Shown here piece by piece: positions 6,919-15,160 of a DNA stretch of 41,540 nt; the first letter of the stretch is position 1; every line of letters starts with the position of its first letter. A program made the position numbers and the translations under genes. This stretch comes from Candidatus Moraniibacteriota bacterium (GTDB lineage: Bacteria > Patescibacteriota > Minisyncoccia > Moranbacterales > UBA1568). The notes beneath the pieces are model-generated. The model was not told the DNA's origin and searched no databases. It worked only from the letters and a program-made list of their open reading frames with translations. The DNA lies in the NCBI GenBank assembly GCA_038208355.1, contig JBBQYU010000002.1, positions 1 to 41,540 of the forward strand, read 5' to 3'.

Positions 6919-7353
6919 ATGAAATTAAACAAACGATTTATTCTTCCAGTCGCTGCCCTCGCCATTCTTTCGGGTGGAGCTATGGTAAGTATCAGTACCG
7001 TCTCGGCTCATGGCCGAGGAGAGCAATCTGGGCTTCATCGGCAGGCCAATCTTACTGAAGCAGAGAAAGCTCAAATGAAAGCAGAAAGAGAGACCAAAAA
7101 TGAGGCCCGTCTCCAGGCGCTTGTTGATGAAGGAAAGCTTACTCAGGCGCAAAAAGATGCTCTTATCGCAAAACATAATGAAATGAGAGCGGAGCGTGAG
7201 GTGAGTAAGGAGGAATTCAAAAATATGAGCAATGAAGAACATAAAACTTTACGCGAGACAAAGCGTGCCGAAAGGGATGCTTGGCTCAAAGAGCAGGGGA
7301 TTGACCCAACTATTATCCAGGCTCATGCAAAAGGACAAAGAGGAGGTAGATAA
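6919..7353 (+). CDS. Secreted helical Lys/Glu-rich protein with LTXXQ-type motifs (Spy/CpxP-like, tentative)
   Basis: Signal-peptide-like N-terminus MKLNKRFILPVAALAILSGGAMVSISTVSAHG. Contains motifs NLTEAEK and GKLTQAQKDAL. Confidence 0.5.
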   Translation: MKLNKRFILPVAALAILSGGAMVSISTVSAHGRGEQSGLHRQANLTEAEKAQMKAERETKNEARLQALVDEGKLTQAQKDALIAKHNEMRAEREVSKEEFKNMSNEEHKTLRETKRAERDAWLKEQGIDPTIIQAHAKGQRGGR

Positions 7354-7369
7354 TAAGAGATTAAGTGAG

Positions 7370-7403
7370 AAACAAAGCCCCAAATTCTGGGGTTTTGTTT
7401 TTG
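7370..7403 (+). terminator. Rho-independent terminator after ORF 6919-7353
   Basis: AAACAAAGCCCC / GGGGTTTTGTTT stem with one G-T pair, followed by a T-run. Confidence 0.6.
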
Positions 7404-7416
7404 TTACCCGGGATGG
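7392..7416 (+). repeat. Repeat copy C (partial): TTTTTGTTACCCGGGATGG box
   Basis: The 19 nt TTTTTGTTACCCGGGATGG are identical to 4647-4665. As in copy A, the box directly follows a terminator hairpin. Confidence 0.6.
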
Positions 7417-7433
7417 TTCAAATCAAGTGAGCT

Positions 7434-7462
7434 TTGATTCTCGTGGCGTTTTATGGTAACAT
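7434..7462 (+). promoter_or_regulatory. Candidate sigma-70 promoter for ORF 7497
   Basis: TTGATT (7434-7439), 17-nt spacer, TAACAT (7457-7462). Confidence 0.35.
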
Positions 7463-7496
7463 GCACATAAGTCTAACATATTAACTTTAGAGATAT

Positions 7497-8054
7497 ATGA
7501 TAGAAAAAATTATCAATGAAACAAAGGAAGGTGTTGTTGCAGCAATAAAAGGGACGGGAGACATTGTAAATGCTCTTCGATCGACAGTGAAGGACGTTAT
7601 TGTTGGGACAGTGAAGGATGCAGGAGATATGACAAACGTTGCAGTTGGTACAGTGGCAAGTATTACGAACGGAGCCATTACCGGAGCGGTCAGTGTCGGT
7701 ACAAATGCGGTTGATTCTGCCGCTGATATTGTAGGCGCTACTGTTAAGGGCGTGGCTGAAGCCGGTGGTGATGTTATGGGCGCATCAAAAGATGCTGTTT
7801 CTGGTGTTATTCACGGAACAGCTGGTGTTGGTGGCGATATAACGGGCGTAGCAGTTTCAGCGGTGGTAGGAGTTATAAAGGCCGCGGGAGACGTTGGAGC
7901 TGATGTCAGTCAGGCGACTGAACATGCTGTTATAGGAGCGATTCATGCCGCTGATAAAGTTGGAGCAGAAACCGGAAAAGCGGTACGAGATGCTCTACTT
8001 GCAAGTGCGGCACTTCCGCGAGAGATTGTCGAGTCGGCAATTAACAAAAAATAA
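7497..8054 (+). CDS. Gly/Ala/Val-rich protein built from about eight tandem 22-residue repeats
   Basis: The sequence can be stacked with 22-aa periodicity, e.g. KDVIVGTVKDAGDMTNVAVGTV / KDAVSGVIHGTAGVGGDITGVA / VSAVVGVIKAAGDVGADVSQAT / EHAVIGAIHAADKVGAETGKAV. There is no signal peptide or TM segment. Confidence 0.7.
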   Translation: MIEKIINETKEGVVAAIKGTGDIVNALRSTVKDVIVGTVKDAGDMTNVAVGTVASITNGAITGAVSVGTNAVDSAADIVGATVKGVAEAGGDVMGASKDAVSGVIHGTAGVGGDITGVAVSAVVGVIKAAGDVGADVSQATEHAVIGAIHAADKVGAETGKAVRDALLASAALPREIVESAINKK

Positions 8055-8095
8055 GGTTGGCGGGTTTTGTAACTTTCCACGAACTGGAATTACTA

Positions 8096-8123
8096 AAAAG
8101 AGGCTCGAAGAAGCCTCTTTTTA
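8096..8123. terminator. Bidirectional terminator between convergent genes
   Basis: AAAAAGAGGCT-CGAAG-AAGCCTCTTTTT: a perfect stem flanked by an A-run and a T-run. Confidence 0.7.
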
Positions 8124-8149
8124 GTATAAAAAATATCTAAACCAACACA

Positions 8150-9088
8150 TCATTTTTCTTTTCTGATGACATAGAGCGGTCTTCGGATGACTTCGCCGTG
8201 GATGTTCGCGATATACAAGGAGATGAGTCCGATGGACATGAGCAGAATGCCCACCAGAAAAACGATGAAAATAGCCAGATTTTCCGCATCGGAGAAGGTT
8301 TCAGCGAAGTGCCAGTGAAAAAAATACTTTCCCAAGAATATATAGGTCCCAGAAACGAAAGATATGCCGGTAATGAGAATGCCCAAAAGGCCGGTGAGCT
8401 TGAGAGGGAAAAGACTGAGCGATACGAAGCTATTTATGGCCAGGTTGAGGAGCTTCCAAAAACTGTAACTGGCTGTGCCATGAAGACGATCATTGGCGTC
8501 AAAGTATAGGTAGGCCCTTTTGAACCCCAACCAGTCGATGAGACCTCTGGTTAGGCGATTCGTTTCGGTTAATGTATTGAATTCATCGATGACATTTCTG
8601 TCGATTAATCGGAAGTCGGTGGCATTGGGAATAATCTCAATGGTTGATATGGCATTGAGTATTTTATAGAACAGGTGTGACCCCAACCGCTTCAGCCAGC
8701 TGTCGCTTCTGTTCTTTTTTCTGATGCCGACCACCGCCTCGAATCCCTCCTCCCATTTTTGGACAAACTTAGGTATCAATTCGACCGGATGCTGCAGATC
8801 GGCGTCCAGTATGATACAGGCATCACCAGAACAATGGTTGAGTCCGGCAGTGGTAGCTGCTTCTTTGCCGAAATTGCGCGAAAAATCAATAAATTTTACG
8901 TGGGAGTCTTTTTGCGCCAGTTGCTCAATTACCTGACTGGTGGTATCCAGGCTGCCATCGTTAATGAAAAAGATCTCGTATGTGTAGCGCGTTTCCAGCG
9001 GTCGTAACGCGGCCGATACCGCCTCGTAGAGGGGAAGGATGTTTTTCTCTTCGTTGTAGGCGGGGATGATAATGGAGAGGGATTTCAT
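8150..9088 (-). CDS. Family 2 glycosyltransferase, polyprenol-phosphate sugar transferase type (GtrB/ArnC/DPM1-like)
   Basis: ...IIIPAYNEEKNI..., ...FINDGSLDTT..., ...SRNFGKEAA..., ...ILDADLQHP..., plus two C-terminal TM segments. Confidence 0.85.
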   Translation of the reverse strand: MKSLSIIIPAYNEEKNILPLYEAVSAALRPLETRYTYEIFFINDGSLDTTSQVIEQLAQKDSHVKFIDFSRNFGKEAATTAGLNHCSGDACIILDADLQHPVELIPKFVQKWEEGFEAVVGIRKKNRSDSWLKRLGSHLFYKILNAISTIEIIPNATDFRLIDRNVIDEFNTLTETNRLTRGLIDWLGFKRAYLYFDANDRLHGTASYSFWKLLNLAINSFVSLSLFPLKLTGLLGILITGISFVSGTYIFLGKYFFHWHFAETFSDAENLAIFIVFLVGILLMSIGLISLYIANIHGEVIRRPLYVIRKEK

Positions 9089-9105
9089 AGATGAAATAAA
9101 AAGTG

Positions 9106-9828
9106 TTATTGGGAAACTGGATGATTGAAAAATGCTTTGAGGGTAGCGAATTCTTCCGGTCTTTCCGGATGAAAGATAATCTCAGTCTTTTGATTGTGGG
9201 CCAATTGGGTAATGAGTGTTTGGCGGGGGAGTGTGTGTACCCAATCCCAGCTTATCAGTATGTCTGATGTGGATGAAACCCCGGCGCGTCGAAAAGCTGG
9301 TGTATTGAATTTTCTCAGGATATTGAGTGCGAGCGCCACGAAAGTATAATTTTTTGTTGCTTGGGTGCCGAAGCGGACTTCCGGAATATCATATTTTTGC
9401 GCCAGTTTCAACAAAACTTGGAAATATGATGGGAAGAAATGAACGTGTTCGTGTGAGTTTAACCCGTCAGGATTTTTATGAAAGAGTATTTGGAATTTTT
9501 TGAGTTGTTCCTCCCATATCCACTGAACCTTCTCGGGCCGTCCTTCACCGAAGAAGTGATCTCCTATGAAGAGCAGAAGCCTTTTCAAAAAACCATCCTG
9601 GAGTTTGCGGTTATCGAGGATTTCGTTTTTTCTGTCCAGATGAATATCCAGTTTGGCCCCGGACCGGAGCAGAAACTCAATGTCGCTTGAACGGAGTACG
9701 CCATGTACCATAATGGAAATACGGTCTATTTTTTCCAAAGCCATAAGGGCAATGATGTTGTCGTTGCTGGTTTCGCTGATTCCAAAATCATCGAATGATA
9801 CGGTAACCTTTTCTAAAAGGGTAATCAT
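9106..9828 (-). CDS. ChbG/HpnK (YdjC-like) family carbohydrate deacetylase
   Basis: The N-terminal ...SFDDFGISETSNDNIIALMALEKIDRISIMV... and ...NSHEHVHFFP... fit the YdjC-like pattern. Confidence 0.65.
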   Translation of the reverse strand: MITLLEKVTVSFDDFGISETSNDNIIALMALEKIDRISIMVHGVLRSSDIEFLLRSGAKLDIHLDRKNEILDNRKLQDGFLKRLLLFIGDHFFGEGRPEKVQWIWEEQLKKFQILFHKNPDGLNSHEHVHFFPSYFQVLLKLAQKYDIPEVRFGTQATKNYTFVALALNILRKFNTPAFRRAGVSSTSDILISWDWVHTLPRQTLITQLAHNQKTEIIFHPERPEEFATLKAFFNHPVSQ

Positions 9829-9978
9829 AAAGGACGGTCAGAATGACGAGAATAAAGAGGCATGGAAAGCCTTAATAGGATTATACCACACTCGTTTCGG
9901 GTTTTTAGGGCTGTGAGTAAGCATTTTCTAGTAAGAATCTTCCTGCTATAATTAAAAAGAGCTGTTTTTACAATATTT

Positions 9979-11829
9979 GTGGACTGGATACACACTTTAA
10001 AAAAGAGGCGTTGGGAAATTCTCGGGGTGGTGCTCTGCATTGCTTTTGGTATTTTTTTGCGTGCTTATCATTTTTCAGATTGGCTCCATTTCGAAATTGA
10101 CCAGTCCTATGACACTCTACTCGTTTCTCCTGCTGTAGAGCATGGGATAGAGGAATTACCGTTGCTTGGTCCCACGGCGGGTGGTGGGAGAGCCCTTCGT
10201 TTGGGGCCAGCTTTTTATTATATGGAGTATGCGAGCGCCAAGCTATTTGGCAATACGCCTCCCGGCCACGCTGCTCTGGTGTTGATTCTTTCCATCCTCT
10301 CTCTACCGTTATTTTATTTTTTTTGTCGCATCTATTTTTCCAAGACTCTTTCTTTGGGGCTGCTTTTATTGTATGTTCTTTCACTCTATGCCGTTATATA
10401 TTCTCGTTTTTCCTGGAGTCCGAACGTGCTGCCTTTTTTTACGTTGCTTTTTTTCTACGCTCTTCTCAAAAGTTTTTCCGATAAAGAACCGAGGAGAGAT
10501 ATCTGGTTTATCGTGGCCGCCCTTGTCCTGGTCATCACGACCCAGATTCACTTCAATGCCTTTTTTATTATTCCGGCCGTGGCACTGGCGTTGTTTTTCA
10601 TTCGTCGGCCGAGATTTAAGTGGCAAACGTGGGGCATAGTTCTTCTTTTGGCCGTCTTTTTGTATTCACCGATGGTGTTGAGCGATATAGAGACCAAGGG
10701 GGAGAATCTTAGCTTTTTTCTTCAGAAATTCAAGCAGTCGGGAGGAGACAATAAAAAAATGGTAGAAAAGGCCGTCCAGGTGCTCAACTACGATGCTTCG
10801 GAGTATCTGCTCATCATCACCGGCAGTGACCATGTGAATGGGAAAAAGCTTACGGGATACGGTTTTTCTGCGCCCGGGAGTAAGGAATGGAAAATAGGTG
10901 CATTACTTTTCTTGGCTGTTGAGCTTGTGGCCCTTCTGTGGGCTTTGAGCAGGGAGGCCGATAAGGATAAGAGAATGTTTCTTTGGTTGATACTGTGCTG
11001 GTTTCTGCTCTCCACTTTTTACTTCTTCTCTGTCAAGAATAATAGTTTGAATATCTACCCGAGATTTTTTCTTGTGGTTTTGCCCGTTCCTTTCGTTTTG
11101 TTTGGACTTTTACTGGAACAGCTGGCGGCTTTCAAAAGACTGGGCATAGTAGTGGGTGGCGTTCTTCTGGTTTTGGCGATAGCTTCCAATGGGCGAGGCC
11201 TCCGGACCTATTTCATGAATCTGGCACGGGTCGCTCATGAACCAATCACGGTGCAGACAGAAGATGTTTTTCCCAATACGGCGCGCATCACCCTTGAGCA
11301 GCAGTATGCTATTACGAATTACATCAAATCTGTCTATCAGGAAAACCACTATCCGGTTTATCTCAAAGCGAAACACGAATACGAGCCGATTTTCTGGTAT
11401 CATTTGGAGCGACAGGGTATCTCGTATCAGGCAAAAATACATGGGTCTGTCTTGTATCAGCAGGGGAATTATTTTGAAGTCGGCTTTACGGGGAAAAACT
11501 TTCCCCATGATAAAAGGTTCTCCATAGCGAAAGAGAAAGATTTTGGAGCGTTGACGGTCTGGCATCTCATGCCAAAATCAGAGGACATTACTGCTTTGCG
11601 GCAAGAGGCGGCGCTGCAAGAAACACCTGTTCAGAAGGAACAAATCGCTCAGATTTTCACGTGGAAGAAGTTTTTTGCTGGAAGACAGGAGACTCAGGTG
11701 GAAGTCATCCGCTCGGGGAAACTCGAAGAAGAAGACAAGCGCGCCATTGAGGAAGACGCTCAGGCGGAAGGGCTTTCCGGGGAAGAGGTTAAGGCGGAGG
11801 TTGACAACGGTGTCGATGATCTGGAGTAG
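9979..11829 (+). CDS. ArnT/PMT-like (GT39/GT83-type) polytopic membrane glycosyltransferase with an acidic C-terminal tail
   Basis: About 420 aa with many TM segments, then a soluble C-terminal region. It is divergent from the GT2 + YdjC operon. It has a GTG start. The assignment rests on architecture and context, not on a sharp motif. Confidence 0.55.
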   Translation: MDWIHTLKKRRWEILGVVLCIAFGIFLRAYHFSDWLHFEIDQSYDTLLVSPAVEHGIEELPLLGPTAGGGRALRLGPAFYYMEYASAKLFGNTPPGHAALVLILSILSLPLFYFFCRIYFSKTLSLGLLLLYVLSLYAVIYSRFSWSPNVLPFFTLLFFYALLKSFSDKEPRRDIWFIVAALVLVITTQIHFNAFFIIPAVALALFFIRRPRFKWQTWGIVLLLAVFLYSPMVLSDIETKGENLSFFLQKFKQSGGDNKKMVEKAVQVLNYDASEYLLIITGSDHVNGKKLTGYGFSAPGSKEWKIGALLFLAVELVALLWALSREADKDKRMFLWLILCWFLLSTFYFFSVKNNSLNIYPRFFLVVLPVPFVLFGLLLEQLAAFKRLGIVVGGVLLVLAIASNGRGLRTYFMNLARVAHEPITVQTEDVFPNTARITLEQQYAITNYIKSVYQENHYPVYLKAKHEYEPIFWYHLERQGISYQAKIHGSVLYQQGNYFEVGFTGKNFPHDKRFSIAKEKDFGALTVWHLMPKSEDITALRQEAALQETPVQKEQIAQIFTWKKFFAGRQETQVEVIRSGKLEEEDKRAIEEDAQAEGLSGEEVKAEVDNGVDDLE

Positions 11830-11942
11830 CTTCTTTCATAAATAACGCATCGTCTAAAGTGTGGTTTTTAAGAAGTGTCTCGTCAGAGAGGCGCGGCTAT
11901 ATCGAGCAGAGCAGATTGAGACTGGCGGAGAAGCTCGTTTTC

Positions 11943-11971
11943 TTGACTTTTGTATAAAAGTATGCTATAAT
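11943..11971 (+). promoter_or_regulatory. Near-consensus sigma-70 promoter
   Basis: TTGACT (11943-11948), 17-nt spacer, TATAAT (11966-11971). Confidence 0.6.
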
Positions 11972-12005
11972 AAAAGTACCAGACCAACCAAGAAGGAGGT
12001 GTGGT

Positions 12006-12242
12006 ATGAAGACCGAAACAGCAAGAAAAGGAAAAAAGCTGCTGGCATCAGCAGTTCATTGGAGTCTCGGAGTTGTTGTGAGGCTACTCGATTCCACGCT
12101 TATTGAAGCATTCGTGGTGTGGGTGGGGTATCTCAGATTCTTTTTCCACCGCAGTACGTTGCGCGTGCACGTCATGAGCCTCGATTACCAGGAACGCTGC
12201 TACCAAGAGCAAGTAGCTCTGGAACGGCGGTACTGGGAATGA
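12006..12242 (+). CDS. Small hypothetical protein, 78 aa, with a central hydrophobic stretch (coding status uncertain)
   Basis: AAGGAGG at 11993-11999 lies 6 nt upstream of the ATG. The product has a basic N-terminus, the hydrophobic stretch ...LLASAVHWSLGVVVRLLDSTLIEAFVVWVGYLRFFF..., and a charged C-terminus. A terminator follows immediately. Confidence 0.45.
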   Translation: MKTETARKGKKLLASAVHWSLGVVVRLLDSTLIEAFVVWVGYLRFFFHRSTLRVHVMSLDYQERCYQEQVALERRYWE

Positions 12243-12246
12243 AAGG

Positions 12247-12297
12247 AACCTATCAATATCAAGCAGAGAACCTATCTGCGTTATTGATAGGTTTTTC
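12247..12297. terminator. Compound hairpin terminator
   Basis: Perfect 12-bp stem AACCTATCAATA (12247-12258) / TATTGATAGGTT (12282-12293), followed by a T-run. The loop holds a second small hairpin (GCAGA/TCTGC) and another copy of AACCTATC. Confidence 0.6.
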
Positions 12298-12324
12298 TGC
12301 TTTTCAGCCCCCAGGGGGATTTTT

Positions 12325-12603
12325 TTATGAGGTTCTGGTTTTTCGGGAAGGCTTGGGCTTGGCTATCGGAGCCGGGGCCTGAGAAATAATGGTTGGGGGA
12401 GCAGAGGAGCTTTTAAAATTGGATTTTATGCCGGTAGCGAGACTGGCCGTCTCTGTTTTGATATCCGCGGAAATGGTATCTAAGGGCGGGTTGGCAAAAG
12501 CCAGCTTTTTTGATCCGGTGACGTCAAAAACAACCGCTAGGGGTCCTAGTATGGCCACTATGGTAAAGAGCCAGAGCCAGAATTTTATTTTCATGTGGTT
12601 CAT
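12325..12603 (-). CDS. Small membrane-anchored or secreted hypothetical protein, 92 aa
   Basis: N-terminal hydrophobic segment KIKFWLWLFTIVAILGPLAVVF, then a Ser/Pro/Ala/Lys-rich tail. No obvious SD. Confidence 0.4.
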   Translation of the reverse strand: MNHMKIKFWLWLFTIVAILGPLAVVFDVTGSKKLAFANPPLDTISADIKTETASLATGIKSNFKSSSAPPTIISQAPAPIAKPKPSRKTRTS

Positions 12604-12814
12604 AAGGATAAAAGGAATTGATAGGTAACTGCCTGTATAAAACGTAACAGGCGGGGAAAAGTTTTCACAAGATTGGGCCCGAACCTTTCAAAAAAACAGC
12701 ACCGGCTTGCTGAAAGCTTTTTCTCTTGATAAACTAGGTAGGTTTTCAGAAGAGATTTTTATTGCTTCTGAGGTGTTCTGTAAAAGATACAGCAGCACAG
12801 AGGATTAAGTTTTT

Positions 12815-14149
12815 ATGAAGAGTCTGAAATCGGGCCTGAGCATACGGGCACGGTGGAGACCCCTTTTTCTTTTTATGGGCATATTGGCATCAGCGACGTT
12901 TATTATTGGATACTCCATGATTACTTTGGAGCATCGTTTAAGTTTGCACAAATCAATTACGGCTATTTTGTTGGGAGCAGTATTGTGGATTATTGTGGCC
13001 CTTATTTCTCCTGGCCATGTGGCAGAGATAGCCTTGCAAGAAGTGGGGGGAGATATTTTTTCGTTGATTGCCTTTTTATTGGGAGCCATGACGTTGGTGG
13101 AAATATTGGTGCACTATCGATTTTTTGATCTCTTGCGGGTACACCTCTTACGCCTCGGTCTTGGGGATCAGGCTCAGTTGTGGTTGATATCTGGACTGAC
13201 GTTTGTTTTGTCAGCCGTTATTGATAACTTGACCGCGACGATTGTCATGGTGCAGATTGCCCGGCGCTTTTTTCGCGGGTCGAACCTGCTCATTGCCGGA
13301 GCGGCTATCGTGGTGGCGGCCAATGCCGGCGGAGCTTTTTCTCCTATCGGAGACGTGACAACTATTATGTTGTGGCTGGCCGGGAAATATACTGCTTTTG
13401 AAATTATGAGCTGGGGATTTTTTCCGGCCCTGGCTCTGTATCTTACGAGCAATGCTTTGTTTGCCAGGATGGTAATGAAAAATACACAAGATCAGACTGA
13501 TGGGACAGAGGATGCTTTTCATTTGACCCGGTCTGAACGGAGCGTTATCGCAGTGGCCTTTTTCTCGTTTTCGTTGCCTGTGATGGCTCATCTGATTGGT
13601 TTGCCGCCATATATGGGTATATTGACTGGCTTGGGACTGACCGGTCTGAGTATCGCTTTTTTTGTGCACAACGCCCATCATCGCGACTCACATTTGGCTT
13701 CAGATATCGAAAAACTGCTCAAGGGGGTGGATTTTGCCAGTATCTTGTTCTTTATCGGCATCCTTTTGGCCGTGGGAGCGCTCAAGCATTTGGGCATCCT
13801 GGCTAATATTTCTGCCGCTGTGTTTGGGAGTGACCCCGCGTTCACCAGACTATTTGCCGGGAGTGTGTTTCTCGGCGTTTTCTCGGCGTTGGTGGATAAT
13901 ATCCCATTGACGGCGGCTGGCATCGATATTATCAAGAGTAGTGATCCGGCCATTTGGTCACTTCTGGCGCTTTGTGTCGGTACGGGTGGGTCATTGTTGG
14001 TTATTGGATCCGCAGCCGGGGTTGTGGCTATGGGGATGCTGCGGGAGTTAACATTCAAGCGGTATATCATGATTGCGACACTTCCTGCTACCGTGGGCTA
14101 TGTTGTCGCTTTGGCGGTGTGGAGCCTCGAGTACGCTTTCTTTCGCTAG
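12815..14149 (+). CDS. nhaD: NhaD-type Na+/H+ antiporter (ArsB/NhaD permease superfamily)
   Basis: ...SAVIDNLTATIVMVQIARRFF... and ...AANAGGAFSPIGDVTTIMLWLAGK... match NhaD signature regions as I remember them. About 11-12 TM segments. Confidence 0.8.
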   Translation: MKSLKSGLSIRARWRPLFLFMGILASATFIIGYSMITLEHRLSLHKSITAILLGAVLWIIVALISPGHVAEIALQEVGGDIFSLIAFLLGAMTLVEILVHYRFFDLLRVHLLRLGLGDQAQLWLISGLTFVLSAVIDNLTATIVMVQIARRFFRGSNLLIAGAAIVVAANAGGAFSPIGDVTTIMLWLAGKYTAFEIMSWGFFPALALYLTSNALFARMVMKNTQDQTDGTEDAFHLTRSERSVIAVAFFSFSLPVMAHLIGLPPYMGILTGLGLTGLSIAFFVHNAHHRDSHLASDIEKLLKGVDFASILFFIGILLAVGALKHLGILANISAAVFGSDPAFTRLFAGSVFLGVFSALVDNIPLTAAGIDIIKSSDPAIWSLLALCVGTGGSLLVIGSAAGVVAMGMLRELTFKRYIMIATLPATVGYVVALAVWSLEYAFFR

Positions 14150-14214
14150 AGTTGCCGTACCGGTGATTGTATGGAAAGATAGAGATACGATTTATTCGTA
14201 TAAATGAAAAAATT

Positions 14215-15072
14215 ATGAAAGAGATTATCATGCAGAACATAAACCAGCAGCCGTGGATATGGATATTCAACCATGGTTGGAAGGTGGCGACGATTCTGAT
14301 TGGTGCTTCAATCATTTATTTCTCCTTAAAAGTATTTATTCGTCATCTTGTGCAGCATGCGGTGCAGCCTAGTCGCTTGGTTTCGGCCGAGGCAGAACGC
14401 AAGCGGGAAGAGACGTTAATCAGGGTGTTTACCGCTACGATGCGGATTGTCTTGTGGTCTCTCGCGGTGATGATGATGCTTTCAGAGGTAGGTATAGATA
14501 TTGCGCCGATTTTGGCCGCAGCCGGGGTCGTCGGGTTGGCCTTCGGTTTTGGAGGGCAGTATCTGATTCGAGATATCATTTCGGGGATGTTTATCCTGTT
14601 GGAAAACCAGTACCGGGTGGGTGACGTCGTCTGTTTCGGCGAGGTGTGCGGTTTAGTGGAAGATATCAATTTACGGCTGACTATTCTGCGCGATTTGGAT
14701 GGGACAGTGCATTATGTGCCCAACGGAGAAATCAAGCAGGCTTCGAATCTTTCCAAGGAATTTTCTCGGGTGAACATGAACATCGGGATTTCGTACAGCT
14801 CGGATTTGGAAAAGGTTATTGCTGTGGTGGACCAGGTGGGCCAGGGTATGTTTGAAGATCCAGTCTGGAAAGAGATGATGCTCTCGGCTCCGAAATTTTT
14901 GCGGGTGGAGGATTTTGCGGATTCGGCCATGATTATCAAGATTTTGGGGGATACAAAGCCGATCAAGCAGTGGGATGTGGCCGGAGAATTGCGCAAACGC
15001 TTGAAGATTGCTTTTGATAAAAATGGCATAGAAATCCCATTTCCTCAGCGAGTGATTCATCAAGGGCGCTAA
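14215..15072 (+). CDS. Small-conductance mechanosensitive channel (MscS family)
   Basis: ...GVVGLAFGFGGQYLIRDIISGMFILLENQYRVGDVV...GLVEDINLRLTILRDLDGTVHYVPNGEI... is the MscS pore helix plus beta domain. I chose the ATG at 14215 over the track's TTG 14167. Confidence 0.85.
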   Translation: MKEIIMQNINQQPWIWIFNHGWKVATILIGASIIYFSLKVFIRHLVQHAVQPSRLVSAEAERKREETLIRVFTATMRIVLWSLAVMMMLSEVGIDIAPILAAAGVVGLAFGFGGQYLIRDIISGMFILLENQYRVGDVVCFGEVCGLVEDINLRLTILRDLDGTVHYVPNGEIKQASNLSKEFSRVNMNIGISYSSDLEKVIAVVDQVGQGMFEDPVWKEMMLSAPKFLRVEDFADSAMIIKILGDTKPIKQWDVAGELRKRLKIAFDKNGIEIPFPQRVIHQGR

Positions 15073-15160
15073 AATTTAGGCTAAATGTGGTAGTATGAGG
15101 GTGTCAGCCTCTGGGTCAGCCACCGAGGTTTGGGTATCAACAAAATAAACCAGTATTGCT

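Noticed and set aside
11861-12382. ORFs 11861-12106 (81 aa) and 12119-12382 (87 aa)
   Set aside because: The first runs through the near-consensus promoter and SD and has a GTG start with no RBS. The second runs through the 12-bp terminator hairpin. Both are more likely chance frames. Only the SD-preceded 12006-12242 ORF was kept, with low confidence.
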